A stretch of 64,000 nt of DNA from the IMG/VR virus record IMGVR_UViG_3300042446_002147, positions 1 through 64,000 of that record. The stretch is one strand, 5' to 3'. The notes below the pieces were generated by a model, which saw only the letters and a program-made list of their open reading frames with translations, ran no database searches and was not told the DNA's origin. The stretch is from an uncultured virus (IMG/VR IMGVR_UViG_3300042446_002147). Its lineage: Duplodnaviria > Heunggongvirae > Uroviricota > Caudoviricetes. The translations under genes and the position numbers were made by a program. This document shows, piece after piece, positions 1 to 9,532 of the stretch (position 1 is its first letter; each line of letters starts with the position of its first letter).

Positions 1-1
1 A

Positions 2-682
2 AGTGGATCTTCAGGATCTTCAGGAACATCAGGATCTTCAGGAACATCAGGATCTAGTGGTTCTAGTGGAACATCAGGATCTAGTGGAACATCAGGATCT
101 TCAGGAACATCAGGATCTAGTGGATCTTCAGGATCTTCAGGAACATCAGGATCTAGTGGAACATCAGGATCTAGTGGTTCTAGTGGAACATCAGGAGCTT
201 CAGGAGCTTCAGGTTCAAGTGGATCTTCAGGATCTTCAGGAACATCTGGATCTAGTGGAACATCAGGAGCTTCAGGAGCTTCAGGTTCAAGTGGATCTTC
301 AGGATCTTCAGGAACATCTGGATCTAGTGGAACATCAGGAGCTTCAGGAGCTTCAGGATCTAGTGGATCTTCAGGATCTTCAGGAACATCTGGATCTAGT
401 GGAACATCAGGAGCTTCAGGAGCTTCAGGTTCAAGTGGATCTTCAGGATCTTCAGGAACATCAGGATCTAGTGGAACATCAGGAGCTTCAGGAGCTTCAG
501 GTTCAAGTGGATCTTCAGGATCTTCAGGAACATCAGGATCTAGTGGAACAAGTGGTAGCTCAGGAACATCAGGTTCAAGTGGTTCAAGTGGATCTTCAGG
601 AACAAGTGGTTCTAGTGGTTCTTCAGGTTCTAGTGGTAGATCAGGATCTTCAGGAACATCAGGATCTAGTGGAACATCAGGA
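2..682 (+). repeat. Coding tandem 9-bp repeats (ggatcttca/ggaacatca/ggatctagt/ggagcttca) with a 72-bp higher-order period
   Basis: tagtggaaca recurs at 181, 253, 325, 397, 469 and 541. A second block lies at about 1093-1325. Confidence 0.9.
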
Positions 683-1855
683 ATAGACGGAACTTCAGGA
701 ACTGATGGAAGATGGGGTAGTGATGGTTCAAATAGTGGAAGATGGTATAATGATGGAAGTTCTCCTGCACCTGCCAGTCCAAGTGGAGGAACCTTTGTTA
801 CGGATACACAAGTAATATCAACAATTTCATTGATTTCTATTAATATTTACGATATTAACACAACCGATTATTACGATTGGCTTAAAGCTTTATCAGATTT
901 AAGAACCGCAGGAAATAGAGGTTATCTACAAATAACAGAAGTAGGTAATAATAGTGTAATTGGAATCTATACTATTGGAAATAGAACAGATCATACTTCA
1001 TATTGGGATATAGGCCTTACTTTTGTCACTGGTTCAGGTAATTTAACTGATGGTGGTCTTCATACTGTTTCGTGGGTCTTTAATGGAACGAATGGATCTT
1101 CAGGAACATCAGGAGCTTCGGGAGCAAGCGGATCTTCAGGATCCTCAGGTTCTAGTGGAACAAGTGGTAGCTCAGGAACATCAGGATCTAGTGGAACATC
1201 AGGATCTTCAGGAACATCAGGATCTTCAGGATCTAGTGGTTCTTCAGGTTCTAGCGGTAGATCTGGTTCTTCTGGAACATCCGGATCTAGTGGAACATCA
1301 GGATCTTCAGGAACATCAGGATCACTTACAGTAACAGGGTCAACCGATAACGGTGTTATAACTCTCAATGGAGCATCTCCAAATGTTGCTGTTGAATCAA
1401 ATTTAACTTTTAATGCAACAGGTAATGTCTTTACAGTTAACGGTTCAATGGTTAATACACATAGCCCAGCTACCCAATTAAGTGCTACTGGTGGATATGG
1501 TGATATTGTAACATTTGGTTCTGGATCTTTAACTGCTGGAAAAGTTTATTACTTCGGTTCTACTGGAACATGGTTTGAAACAGATGCTGATGGAGCTTCA
1601 ACAGCTACAGGAATGTTAGGAGTTGCTTTAAGTACAACTGCTGCTGGTGGACTTTTAGTTAGAGGTTATGCTAAAAGTATCCAATACTATACGGGAGCAA
1701 CAGGAGCAATACTTTACTTATCCGGAACAGGAGGAGAAATCACTACAACTGCGCCAGCAGGAGCTTCAGATATTGTGAGAATAATTGGTTACCAAATAGA
1801 TGGAGCAAATGATATAATTTACTTTAATCCTTCAAATGATTGGGTGGAAATTTAA
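2..1855 (+). CDS. Ser-rich collagen-like (G-S-S/G-T-S/G-A-S) virion fibre protein, 5'-truncated by the window edge
   Basis: Frame +2 is open from base 2 (agt gga tct tca gga...) through the track ORF 830..1855 with no stop. It has long Gly-X-Ser triplet runs separated by globular domains and a C-terminal beta-rich domain (...GAILYLSGTGGEITTTAP...IYFNPSNDWVEI). Confidence 0.8.
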   Translation, partial: SGSSGSSGTSGSSGTSGSSGSSGTSGSSGTSGSSGTSGSSGSSGSSGTSGSSGTSGSSGSSGTSGASGASGSSGSSGSSGTSGSSGTSGASGASGSSGSSGSSGTSGSSGTSGASGASGSSGSSGSSGTSGSSGTSGASGASGSSGSSGSSGTSGSSGTSGASGASGSSGSSGSSGTSGSSGTSGSSGTSGSSGSSGSSGTSGSSGSSGSSGRSGSSGTSGSSGTSGIDGTSGTDGRWGSDGSNSGRWYNDGSSPAPASPSGGTFVTDTQVISTISLISINIYDINTTDYYDWLKALSDLRTAGNRGYLQITEVGNNSVIGIYTIGNRTDHTSYWDIGLTFVTGSGNLTDGGLHTVSWVFNGTNGSSGTSGASGASGSSGSSGSSGTSGSSGTSGSSGTSGSSGTSGSSGSSGSSGSSGRSGSSGTSGSSGTSGSSGTSGSLTVTGSTDNGVITLNGASPNVAVESNLTFNATGNVFTVNGSMVNTHSPATQLSATGGYGDIVTFGSGSLTAGKVYYFGSTGTWFETDADGASTATGMLGVALSTTAAGGLLVRGYAKSIQYYTGATGAILYLSGTGGEITTTAPAGASDIVRIIGYQIDGANDIIYFNPSNDWVEI

Positions 1856-1876
1856 TAAATAATAGATAAATAAATT

Positions 1877-2383
1877 ATGATTGCTAAAATAAGTGGAGTC
1901 ACATTCAATCCACCCAGAACTACTGGTCAAACAACAGCCTATGCATCTAGTACAGCTGAGAGAGTAGTGAATTCGGTTATTATTCCTGGAGGTTCTCTCC
2001 GAAATGATGATCATCTAGGAATAGATTCGAGAGTAATTAAATCAGGAGCGTTTGGAACTGTTACTGTGAGAATAAGAATAGGTACAGTCGCTAATACATC
2101 TCAAACATTAGTTGCAACTTATACTTCCAGTTCGGCTGCACATACTTATGTTCCAATAATGAGAAGATTATTATTATATAATGTAGCTAGTTCCACCTAT
2201 GTTTTTACAGCAGCTACATCAAATTCATGGGATTATGCAGGACCATCTATAGGATGGCAAAACTTAACAACTATAGATTGGGCATCAGATCAATATATCA
2301 TCATAACAACACAATGTGTAAGTGCTTCGGATACAATATATTGTCCTTATATAATAACAGATTTTCAAGCAGCAGTAAGATAA
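1877..2383 (+). CDS. Beta-rich virion/fibre-associated protein, paralog 1
   Basis: 168-aa ORF, Thr/Ser-rich, shares motifs with the next two ORFs. Confidence 0.6.
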   Translation: MIAKISGVTFNPPRTTGQTTAYASSTAERVVNSVIIPGGSLRNDDHLGIDSRVIKSGAFGTVTVRIRIGTVANTSQTLVATYTSSSAAHTYVPIMRRLLLYNVASSTYVFTAATSNSWDYAGPSIGWQNLTTIDWASDQYIIITTQCVSASDTIYCPYIITDFQAAVR

Positions 2384-2384
2384 T

Positions 2385-2876
2385 ATGGCACAAACAAGAA
2401 AGAAAAATGGAATTGCGTTAAGAATTTCGGGTACGGGATTAAGATCAGCAGATCCTTGTTCAACTGAAAGTATTTTAGGGTCGGTGGCTATAGCCCCTGA
2501 TTATTTAGTATCTGGAGCTATTATTACTACAACTAATGGAATAATTAAATCGGGTGCTACCAATGCATTTACAATTAAATTGTACTGGAATACCACAGTA
2601 TCTCTTTCAGGAGCTTTGCAGATGGGAACATACTCAGTTGTCGCTGCTAATACATCACCTAATCTTTTTAGAAGATTTGTTTTTGATTCGGCGACTACTG
2701 CTAAAGGCATGGTTTCTACATTTTCAGCAACTAACGATGTTGGGGATATTGCCACCACTGTAGCATCATACACTTTTTCTTCTTGGTTAATAAATGGGGG
2801 ATATTTCTTTATAACAGGATTAAGGACTTCTGGAACTGAAACTCTACAATTAGTAAAAATGACAATAGAAGTATGA
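2385..2876 (+). CDS. Beta-rich virion/fibre-associated protein, paralog 2
   Basis: 163-aa ORF; IKSGA, LYW/GALQ and GYFFITG motifs align with its neighbours. Confidence 0.6.
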   Translation: MAQTRKKNGIALRISGTGLRSADPCSTESILGSVAIAPDYLVSGAIITTTNGIIKSGATNAFTIKLYWNTTVSLSGALQMGTYSVVAANTSPNLFRRFVFDSATTAKGMVSTFSATNDVGDIATTVASYTFSSWLINGGYFFITGLRTSGTETLQLVKMTIEV

Positions 2877-3388
2877 ATTCAAAAATATCAGGTAGGGCTT
2901 TAAATCCTTTCTATAACACCACGGTAAAAACAATTACTGGATCCACTGCATTAACAATATTACAAAAAGTTTTTGTTCCTGCAGGAACTTATGAAGCAGG
3001 AGATCTTATAATCGTAAATATGTTAATGGGTAAAATAGGATCTGCTAGCAGTTTCACTCACTGGCTATATGCCAGTCCAAACGATCCGGATGTTTCTGGT
3101 ATTACTGGAGCGATTCAACTTTGGGTTAGAGGAACTGGTGCGGCACAATTATATATAGATCACGGAAGACACCTTTACATAAAAAATACAACCGGTGGTG
3201 GAAGTGGAATAGAATTAGGAACTGAAGTTTTAGCAGTAGGAACTGCGGTATTTTCTGAAATGAGAAGTGGGACTACGTCTAACGTTGCTATAAATTGGTC
3301 AAATGGAGTATATTTGTTTATGGCAGGACAATTAGCAAGTTCTTCTGATAGAATAGATCAATACTACTTAAAAATATGGGATTATTAA
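2873..3388 (+). CDS. Beta-rich virion/fibre-associated protein, paralog 3
   Basis: 171-aa ORF; MNSKISG..NP N-terminus like paralog 1, and INWSNGVYLF versus IDWASDQYII. Confidence 0.6.
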   Translation: MNSKISGRALNPFYNTTVKTITGSTALTILQKVFVPAGTYEAGDLIIVNMLMGKIGSASSFTHWLYASPNDPDVSGITGAIQLWVRGTGAAQLYIDHGRHLYIKNTTGGGSGIELGTEVLAVGTAVFSEMRSGTTSNVAINWSNGVYLFMAGQLASSSDRIDQYYLKIWDY

Positions 3389-3389
3389 A

Positions 3390-3617
3390 ATGATTTTACA
3401 AGTAACAAAAATTGAAAACGGACTTAATTGGAGTGGAGAAGATAGACACTTCACAAATAACCTCCTTGAATCAGGGTTAAGTTATTCGTTAACTGATCCA
3501 ATAAATATGTCTATTGAATTAGATAATCAAATCTATGGTATGTGTGTTGAAACTGCTAGTCTAGACGGTATAATGTATTCAACATCCCAAGAATTTGCTA
3601 AAGCTATTTTTGGATAG
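3390..3617 (+). CDS. Hypothetical protein (possible fibre chaperone)
   Basis: 75-aa ORF starting 1 nt after the upstream stop. Confidence 0.5.
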   Translation: MILQVTKIENGLNWSGEDRHFTNNLLESGLSYSLTDPINMSIELDNQIYGMCVETASLDGIMYSTSQEFAKAIFG

Positions 3618-3643
3618 ATGATATCTAAGTATTAAAAATTAGG

Positions 3644-3671
3644 GAAACATCTTTCATATTTTTCGTATAAT
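3644..3671 (+). promoter_or_regulatory. GAAAC-N17-TATAAT promoter-like motif
   Basis: Intergenic, 14 nt upstream of ATG 3686; the same architecture recurs at several other gene starts. Confidence 0.55.
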
Positions 3672-3685
3672 ATAAAAAAATACGA

Positions 3686-6600
3686 ATGATAAAAGTTAGA
3701 GCTCATACATGCTATTTAGGAACAACTGGGTATTCTGCCCATGCTAGGGAATTCTTTAGGGGACTTTCCAAATATGTTGATTTAAGAGTGAGAAACTACA
3801 CCTGGGACAGTGACCCTATGTATTTAAATGATATCGATTTTAAAATCATAGATAAGATAACATTAAGGACGCCAGAGGGAAAAGATGAAGATTTTCCAAT
3901 TACTCACTCATTTCCGCAATTTCATTGGGCTAATTCAAATAGGGATTTCACACCAGATGTGGACATAGTTCTAATGGACATGAATCACAATTACTTTAAT
4001 GAAGAGTACAATAGTAAGATTAAGATAGCATACACTGTATGGGAAAGCACAGAAATACCTGAAGGATTTTTCAATCAACTTTTAAAATTTGATTACTTAT
4101 GGGTTGCAACTGAGTGGCATAAAGAAGTGGTTGTTAATCAAGGGTATCCTAAGCAAAAAGTTTTTGTAGTTAATGAGGGTGTTAGTAATGAATTTTTTGG
4201 AGACGTTGATATCCCGAATAACGTAAATGAAGAATATAAAGACGGAAGATTTAAGTTTTTATTTTTTGGTAGATGGGATTACAGAAAATCCGTACCAGAA
4301 ATAATCAATTCATTCTTAAAAGCATTTCCTAATAATGAACCAGTAGATCTTATTTTAAGTGCAGACAATCCTTATGCTGTCGATGGCATGAACACCACAG
4401 AGCAAAGGCTATTGCATTATGGATATAATGATCCAAGAATAAAAGTTAAACATTTTGTAAGTAGGGAAGAATACGTAGCATATTTAAAAAAAGGAAACGT
4501 TCTAATTACTTGTGCTAGAAGCGAAGGGTGGAATATACCGCTGATTGAAGCAATGGCTGCGGGTACACCTGTAATATATTCAGACTGGGGAGCTCAGTTA
4601 GAATTTGCATATGCTAAAGGAAATCCAGTTAAGATTAAAGAGGAACTTCCTGCAAATATAGGTGCAAAATTAGGATTTGCGGGAGACACTCCTGGACTTT
4701 ATGCTGAGCCAGATTATGATGATTTAATTTCCGTTTTAAGGGATTGTTATGTTAATTATAAGCAAAGAAAAGAATGTGCTGTATTAGAGAAGAATTATAT
4801 CATTAATAATTTTAATTGGGAGAATATTGGTAAAAAAGGATATGACACGTTATTAAGTGTTTCAGATTTTGAAATACCAAAGGTGTCAAAAAAAGAAGCA
4901 GTAGTTATATCATCTCATGCAGATACCAAAGAAAAAATATCAATTTTAAAAAGATCTGTATTAGCTCTAAAAAAACAAGGGTATTTTGTGATAGTGTCTT
5001 CTCATATTTCTATTCCTGATGAGATATTAAAAATATCAGATTACTTTATATGTGAGACAGATAATCCTGTGGTTATGTATGATGAGTTTAACAAATTGTC
5101 TAATTCAGTTCCCGTTTACTATTTAAAATACGATGATTTTGAGCTCAGTTATCCTTTAGAATTTAATCACGGCTATGCTGCTCTTAGATTGATTTTAAAT
5201 GGTGCTAGACTCTCTAAAAACTGTGGATTCAATAAAACACATTTCGTTAACTACGATTACATTATAGACGACGAAAACACACTTATACGCCATTCCGAGT
5301 TATTAGAAGAAAACTCTATAGTTACATATAGATGGAATCCTGAAAATTCAATTAGCTCCTCTTCAATCAGCTCAGCATTTTTCTCTGGTATAAACGACGA
5401 TATATTAAAATCTATAGAATCAACACAATCAAAGAGCGATTATTTTAGATATGATGGGGTAACTATATTAGAAGACTTTATCTATAAAGTATTTACTGAG
5501 AATGATTTAAAAATGTGGATAGGAGACATAGAAGATGTTTCTAAGAAGAATGTAATTAATTCTGTAATAATACCAGCATATCCCATAATAAAAACAAAAA
5601 ATGGTAAAATTAGCTACGTGTATTTAGGTCACGAATCTGCAGAAGGAAAAAATTATCTATGCGCAATAGGTAACGATGAGATATTAGAAGGTAAAATAAT
5701 TAAAGGGGGAAAGACATTTGATTTCTCAGCAGGATCTTATCCTATGAATTTTTATCTAATCACAGATGAAGAATTAGAAAACGGAGTAACTGTAGTTATT
5801 CCTAAATATGATCAGGTTTTTAATTACAACACAAAAACTAAAAAAGCATCAATATTAATAAATAATAAGTCATTGATATTAAATCTAGAGGAGAATAAGA
5901 ATAAGCCTAGATTTAATATAAATTTCTTTGAAGGTCCTTTTGTAGAAATAAAAGATGCAGAAGGTAAAGAATTCACGGTGGATTTTATAGATAATGATAA
6001 AGGAACTACACATTATACTACTAATTTAAAAAATAATACCTGGGCAAGATGTTCTATACAATATTATAAAAATTGGTTAATTAGAATAAAAGATAAATCC
6101 ACAGGAGATATCCACGAAGAAAGACTGGATCTAAAAGGTAAAAATGTTCTAATATCAATTGAATCTTCCTCTTTAGGAGATTCTCTTTCGTGGTTCCCTC
6201 ATATTGAAGAATTCAGAAAAATACACGGATGTAATATTTTTTTAAGCACTTTTAAAAACGAACTATTCATAAAAAACTATCCAGAAATAACATTTATAAA
6301 TCCAGGTCAAGTCGTTAACAATCTTAATTCAATTTATAGAATAGGTTGGTTCTATGATGGAGACAGTTTTAATAAGGATAAAAATCCTAGAGATTTTAAA
6401 AATATCCCTATGCAGGCAACTACAACGGACATTCTAGGATTACCCCACACTAATTTAAGAGCAAATATAGTTATAAAAGATTCTTCTAGACCAATGGAAG
6501 AAGATTATGTTTGTATAGGTTATCATTCTACAGCTCAAACTAAATATTGGAATAATCCTACAGGATGGCAAGAACTAGTCAATTGGCTAATTTCAAAAGG

Positions 6601-7027
6601 TAAAAAAGTTGTAATGATTAGTCATGAAGTAGATGGGTATATGGGTAATAAAAATCCGGAAGGGGTCATTTATATTGAGGGTGAAAAAACATTAGATAAT
6701 GCAATAAGATACATTAAAAATTCAGAAATGTTTATTGGTATAGGATCAGGATTAAGTTGGCTTTCATGGTCTTTAGAAGTTCCAACCGTATTAATATCAG
6801 GATTCAGTACACCAAAAACAGAATTTTTAGGTCCTGACGTGATTCGCATATTTAACTCTAATGTTTGTAATGGATGTTTTAATAGAGAAAGATTAGATGC
6901 AGGTGATTGGAATTGGTGTCCAGATCATAAAGGAACTGACAGACAATTTGAATGTACTAAAACAATTACTAGTAAAGATGTAATAGAAAAAATAGAAAAT
7001 TACTGGGAGGGTAACAAATCAGAATAG
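3686..7027 (+). CDS. Multidomain glycosyltransferase: N-terminal GT4 (GT-B), central domain, C-terminal TibC/AAH-like protein O-heptosyltransferase (BAHT family)
   Basis: GT4 motifs GRWDYRK and EGWNIPLIEAMAAGTPVI. The C-terminal region (about 5906-7027) has SSLGDSLSW, STAQTKYWNNPTGW, FIGIGSGLSWLSW, ISGFS and a four-Cys iron-finger pattern CNGC...WCP...QFECTK. Confidence 0.85.
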   Translation: MIKVRAHTCYLGTTGYSAHAREFFRGLSKYVDLRVRNYTWDSDPMYLNDIDFKIIDKITLRTPEGKDEDFPITHSFPQFHWANSNRDFTPDVDIVLMDMNHNYFNEEYNSKIKIAYTVWESTEIPEGFFNQLLKFDYLWVATEWHKEVVVNQGYPKQKVFVVNEGVSNEFFGDVDIPNNVNEEYKDGRFKFLFFGRWDYRKSVPEIINSFLKAFPNNEPVDLILSADNPYAVDGMNTTEQRLLHYGYNDPRIKVKHFVSREEYVAYLKKGNVLITCARSEGWNIPLIEAMAAGTPVIYSDWGAQLEFAYAKGNPVKIKEELPANIGAKLGFAGDTPGLYAEPDYDDLISVLRDCYVNYKQRKECAVLEKNYIINNFNWENIGKKGYDTLLSVSDFEIPKVSKKEAVVISSHADTKEKISILKRSVLALKKQGYFVIVSSHISIPDEILKISDYFICETDNPVVMYDEFNKLSNSVPVYYLKYDDFELSYPLEFNHGYAALRLILNGARLSKNCGFNKTHFVNYDYIIDDENTLIRHSELLEENSIVTYRWNPENSISSSSISSAFFSGINDDILKSIESTQSKSDYFRYDGVTILEDFIYKVFTENDLKMWIGDIEDVSKKNVINSVIIPAYPIIKTKNGKISYVYLGHESAEGKNYLCAIGNDEILEGKIIKGGKTFDFSAGSYPMNFYLITDEELENGVTVVIPKYDQVFNYNTKTKKASILINNKSLILNLEENKNKPRFNINFFEGPFVEIKDAEGKEFTVDFIDNDKGTTHYTTNLKNNTWARCSIQYYKNWLIRIKDKSTGDIHEERLDLKGKNVLISIESSSLGDSLSWFPHIEEFRKIHGCNIFLSTFKNELFIKNYPEITFINPGQVVNNLNSIYRIGWFYDGDSFNKDKNPRDFKNIPMQATTTDILGLPHTNLRANIVIKDSSRPMEEDYVCIGYHSTAQTKYWNNPTGWQELVNWLISKGKKVVMISHEVDGYMGNKNPEGVIYIEGEKTLDNAIRYIKNSEMFIGIGSGLSWLSWSLEVPTVLISGFSTPKTEFLGPDVIRIFNSNVCNGCFNRERLDAGDWNWCPDHKGTDRQFECTKTITSKDVIEKIENYWEGNKSE

Positions 7028-7111
7028 TAATGTGTAGTACTATTATTATGTTATTTGAAACATAAATATAAAAAATTAATATACTTAAGTTAGTCACCTT
7101 TCGTGATATAT

Positions 7112-7135
7112 AAAAGGAGCACTAGCTCTTTTTTT
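7112..7135 (+). terminator. Intrinsic terminator-like hairpin
   Basis: aaaaggagc-acta-gctc followed by a T7 run, downstream of the GT gene. Confidence 0.55.
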
Positions 7136-7294
7136 AGAATTGCGCATAAAAATAATAAATTGGCCATAAACTAGTTACAGATATGAAATATACACGGGTT
7201 AAAATTAAAAAGCCTGTATACTAAATATATAAAATATCTTGTAATATAATTTTGGAACACTTTAGAATAAAAATACTAAAACAATAAAGGACAA

Positions 7295-7837
7295 ATGATA
7301 ATATCTGAAAAAAATAAAATCCTAATCACACGGGTTATAGATACAATAAATTGGCCATTGATTCATAAGTTTTATAAAATAGTAGGTAGGACTATAGGAA
7401 CCGAAACGATTCAGATTTCTGGAATAAAAAAACTAGATAAAAAAATCAAGCTAAATGAGGATCATATAAAGGATGAGGTGCTTCATATAATAAATCATGT
7501 GGTAGAAAATGATATTTCTCAATATATGTATGGACCATGGAATGTTATATGGGTTAACGGAGAATGGGAAATGGAAATTCCAGAAACTGACGATAAAGGA
7601 AATGAGATTCTTGATGGAGATAGCGCATTCGTTCCTATTTTAGAATCTATGCTAGAGGTTTATTTTTCTCCAATGACTGTGATATCAAGAGAAATCGTTG
7701 TAGACGAGGATGATTTAGAAGATAAAACAGACACAATAGATCTAAATAAACAATTAGAAAAAGCTCTAAGCGATGAAAACTATGAACTAGCTTCAAAGAT
7801 TAGGGATCTAATTGATATCTATAAGAAACAAAAATGA
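7295..7837 (+). CDS. Hypothetical protein with C-terminal UVR (UvrB/UvrC) motif
   Basis: LNKQLEKALSDENYELASKIRDLI matches the UVR helix-pair consensus. Confidence 0.7.
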   Translation: MIISEKNKILITRVIDTINWPLIHKFYKIVGRTIGTETIQISGIKKLDKKIKLNEDHIKDEVLHIINHVVENDISQYMYGPWNVIWVNGEWEMEIPETDDKGNEILDGDSAFVPILESMLEVYFSPMTVISREIVVDEDDLEDKTDTIDLNKQLEKALSDENYELASKIRDLIDIYKKQK

Positions 7838-8706
7838 AAAGAAGAATTAAATTAATAGACGAACAATTTGCACAAAGTATAAATGGTGACGGATTTAATA
7901 GCTCCAATGGGGTTTTTAAAGTGAATTATAAAGCTTATACAGATTTATCTTTAGCAGTAGGAAGAGACCCAGATCCTAGCTTATTAGTTAAAGATTCAGT
8001 TTTTCAAGTGGGAGATGTAGTTAAGGGAAAAATCAAAGGTGGTAATAAAAATGCAACAGGAGAGGTGATTGAGACTAAAAAGGCAACAGATGGTAAATCA
8101 TATGTTATAAAAATACAAGCATTAAAAGACAAAAAAAATTACACACTAACACCAGGATCAATAGAATTTGTAAAAGATAACGGTAACACACAAAATACTG
8201 TGGGAATGTCAATAAGTTCAAAAGAAAAAAATGCACAGAACTTAAAATATAATGGAGGTAATATTATATGGGGTTCTATGGAAAATAAAATCATTGATCC
8301 ACTATATACAGATTTAGAAGATGAACCTGTTACAGGGCCAATGAACACTGGATGGAAAATAAAATTTGTAGAAGATCTGCCAAAAGATAATCTTATATTT
8401 AATTCAATATTAGCCGATCCAGGAGAGTCTTTGATGACTTTCTCTAGATCTGGCATAAATGATGCGTTTAATGACATCTTAAAAGCAGCAGAGGCATTCT
8501 GTTACTTCATTCATCATCCAGATCTTAATGAATATCCAATAGATCTAAAATCTATTCTTGGGGTTCTATTTTTAGAACTAAAAAATGAAAATGATGCAAA
8601 GAAACAATTCATTCAGCATTTTCCAGATTTAACAAAAAGATCATACGGAGAATCTAGAGACGAACATCACGACAAAGCAAAATCAATTATTAATAGCTTC
8701 TTATAA
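7834..8706 (+). CDS. Hypothetical protein (KOW/SH3-like segment; possible head protein)
   Basis: 290-aa ORF with ATGA overlap; FQVGDVVKGK..G..TGEV motif; N-terminus MKRRIKLIDEQ. Confidence 0.6.
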   Translation: MKRRIKLIDEQFAQSINGDGFNSSNGVFKVNYKAYTDLSLAVGRDPDPSLLVKDSVFQVGDVVKGKIKGGNKNATGEVIETKKATDGKSYVIKIQALKDKKNYTLTPGSIEFVKDNGNTQNTVGMSISSKEKNAQNLKYNGGNIIWGSMENKIIDPLYTDLEDEPVTGPMNTGWKIKFVEDLPKDNLIFNSILADPGESLMTFSRSGINDAFNDILKAAEAFCYFIHHPDLNEYPIDLKSILGVLFLELKNENDAKKQFIQHFPDLTKRSYGESRDEHHDKAKSIINSFL

Positions 8707-9501
8707 ATGACTATCGAAAGAAAAAGAAATCTTTTAAGAATAAGCAGAGAGAAAACAAAAAATCCAGGGATTCCTAATTTTTCTAATGTAAATTCACAGG
8801 TTTTACAGGAACCTCTTAAATCTAATCCCGTGGAAAAAAATATTATCTCAGTAAGCAGAATAAAGACTGAAGTAAAAAGCTCATATCTTGGTAAAAATCT
8901 AAATCCTGATTATATCGGGAAATTTTCAGGCGAGACATTTATTGTTGCAGGATGCGGATCTTCATTAAATTATTACACAGATTTTAGTAAGTATTATGTA
9001 ATAGGTGTTAATGATATAGAAAGAATACTTACTCCAGATTTTTTAGTGGTTGTAAACGAAGTCAGAACTTTTATGATAGGAAGATGGAATTATGTAAGAG
9101 ATTCTTTAAGTCCTGTAATTTTTTCGCATTTAGATAATCCCGGTCCAATAACAAGACAAGCTCATCTTGCAAAAATAAATATTGGCGAAAGAAGCAATCC
9201 AAATCTTGATAGAATGGATCGTGTTGATTACACTATGAATTCTCCATATATGGCTATTGTGATAGCATATCAATTAGGGGCTAAAAAAATAGGAATGGTC
9301 GGTGTAGATTTCACACAAGATCATTTCTTTTCTAATACAGGAACACACAAACTTACTAAACACACAAAAAATATAGATCAGGAATATTTGGTGCTAAGAA
9401 ATGAATTAGAAAAAAGAGGGGTAAAAGTTGCAAATCTTTCACCAATAAGTTTATTAGAGTCCTGGCCAAAAATGGATCTAGCAGGATTTGATTCCCTTTA
9501 G
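8707..9501 (+). CDS. Maf/DUF115 (MptE-like) family protein, putative glycosyltransferase
   Basis: FIVAGCGSSL...VIGVND...AYQLGAKKIGMVGVDF...VKVANLS. Confidence 0.65.
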   Translation: MTIERKRNLLRISREKTKNPGIPNFSNVNSQVLQEPLKSNPVEKNIISVSRIKTEVKSSYLGKNLNPDYIGKFSGETFIVAGCGSSLNYYTDFSKYYVIGVNDIERILTPDFLVVVNEVRTFMIGRWNYVRDSLSPVIFSHLDNPGPITRQAHLAKINIGERSNPNLDRMDRVDYTMNSPYMAIVIAYQLGAKKIGMVGVDFTQDHFFSNTGTHKLTKHTKNIDQEYLVLRNELEKRGVKVANLSPISLLESWPKMDLAGFDSL

Positions 9502-9532
9502 AAACTTATTTCATTTTTTTTGTAAAATTAAT

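Noticed and set aside
1..682. Possible CRISPR array or non-coding satellite
   Set aside because: No unique spacers; the repeats are codon-phased within an open frame.
3..686. 227-aa DLQEHQ-repeat ORF (also 1050..1334 + and 1060..1368 -)
   Set aside because: Shadow frames of the 9-bp GSS repeat; frame +2 is the one continuous with the fibre's globular domains.
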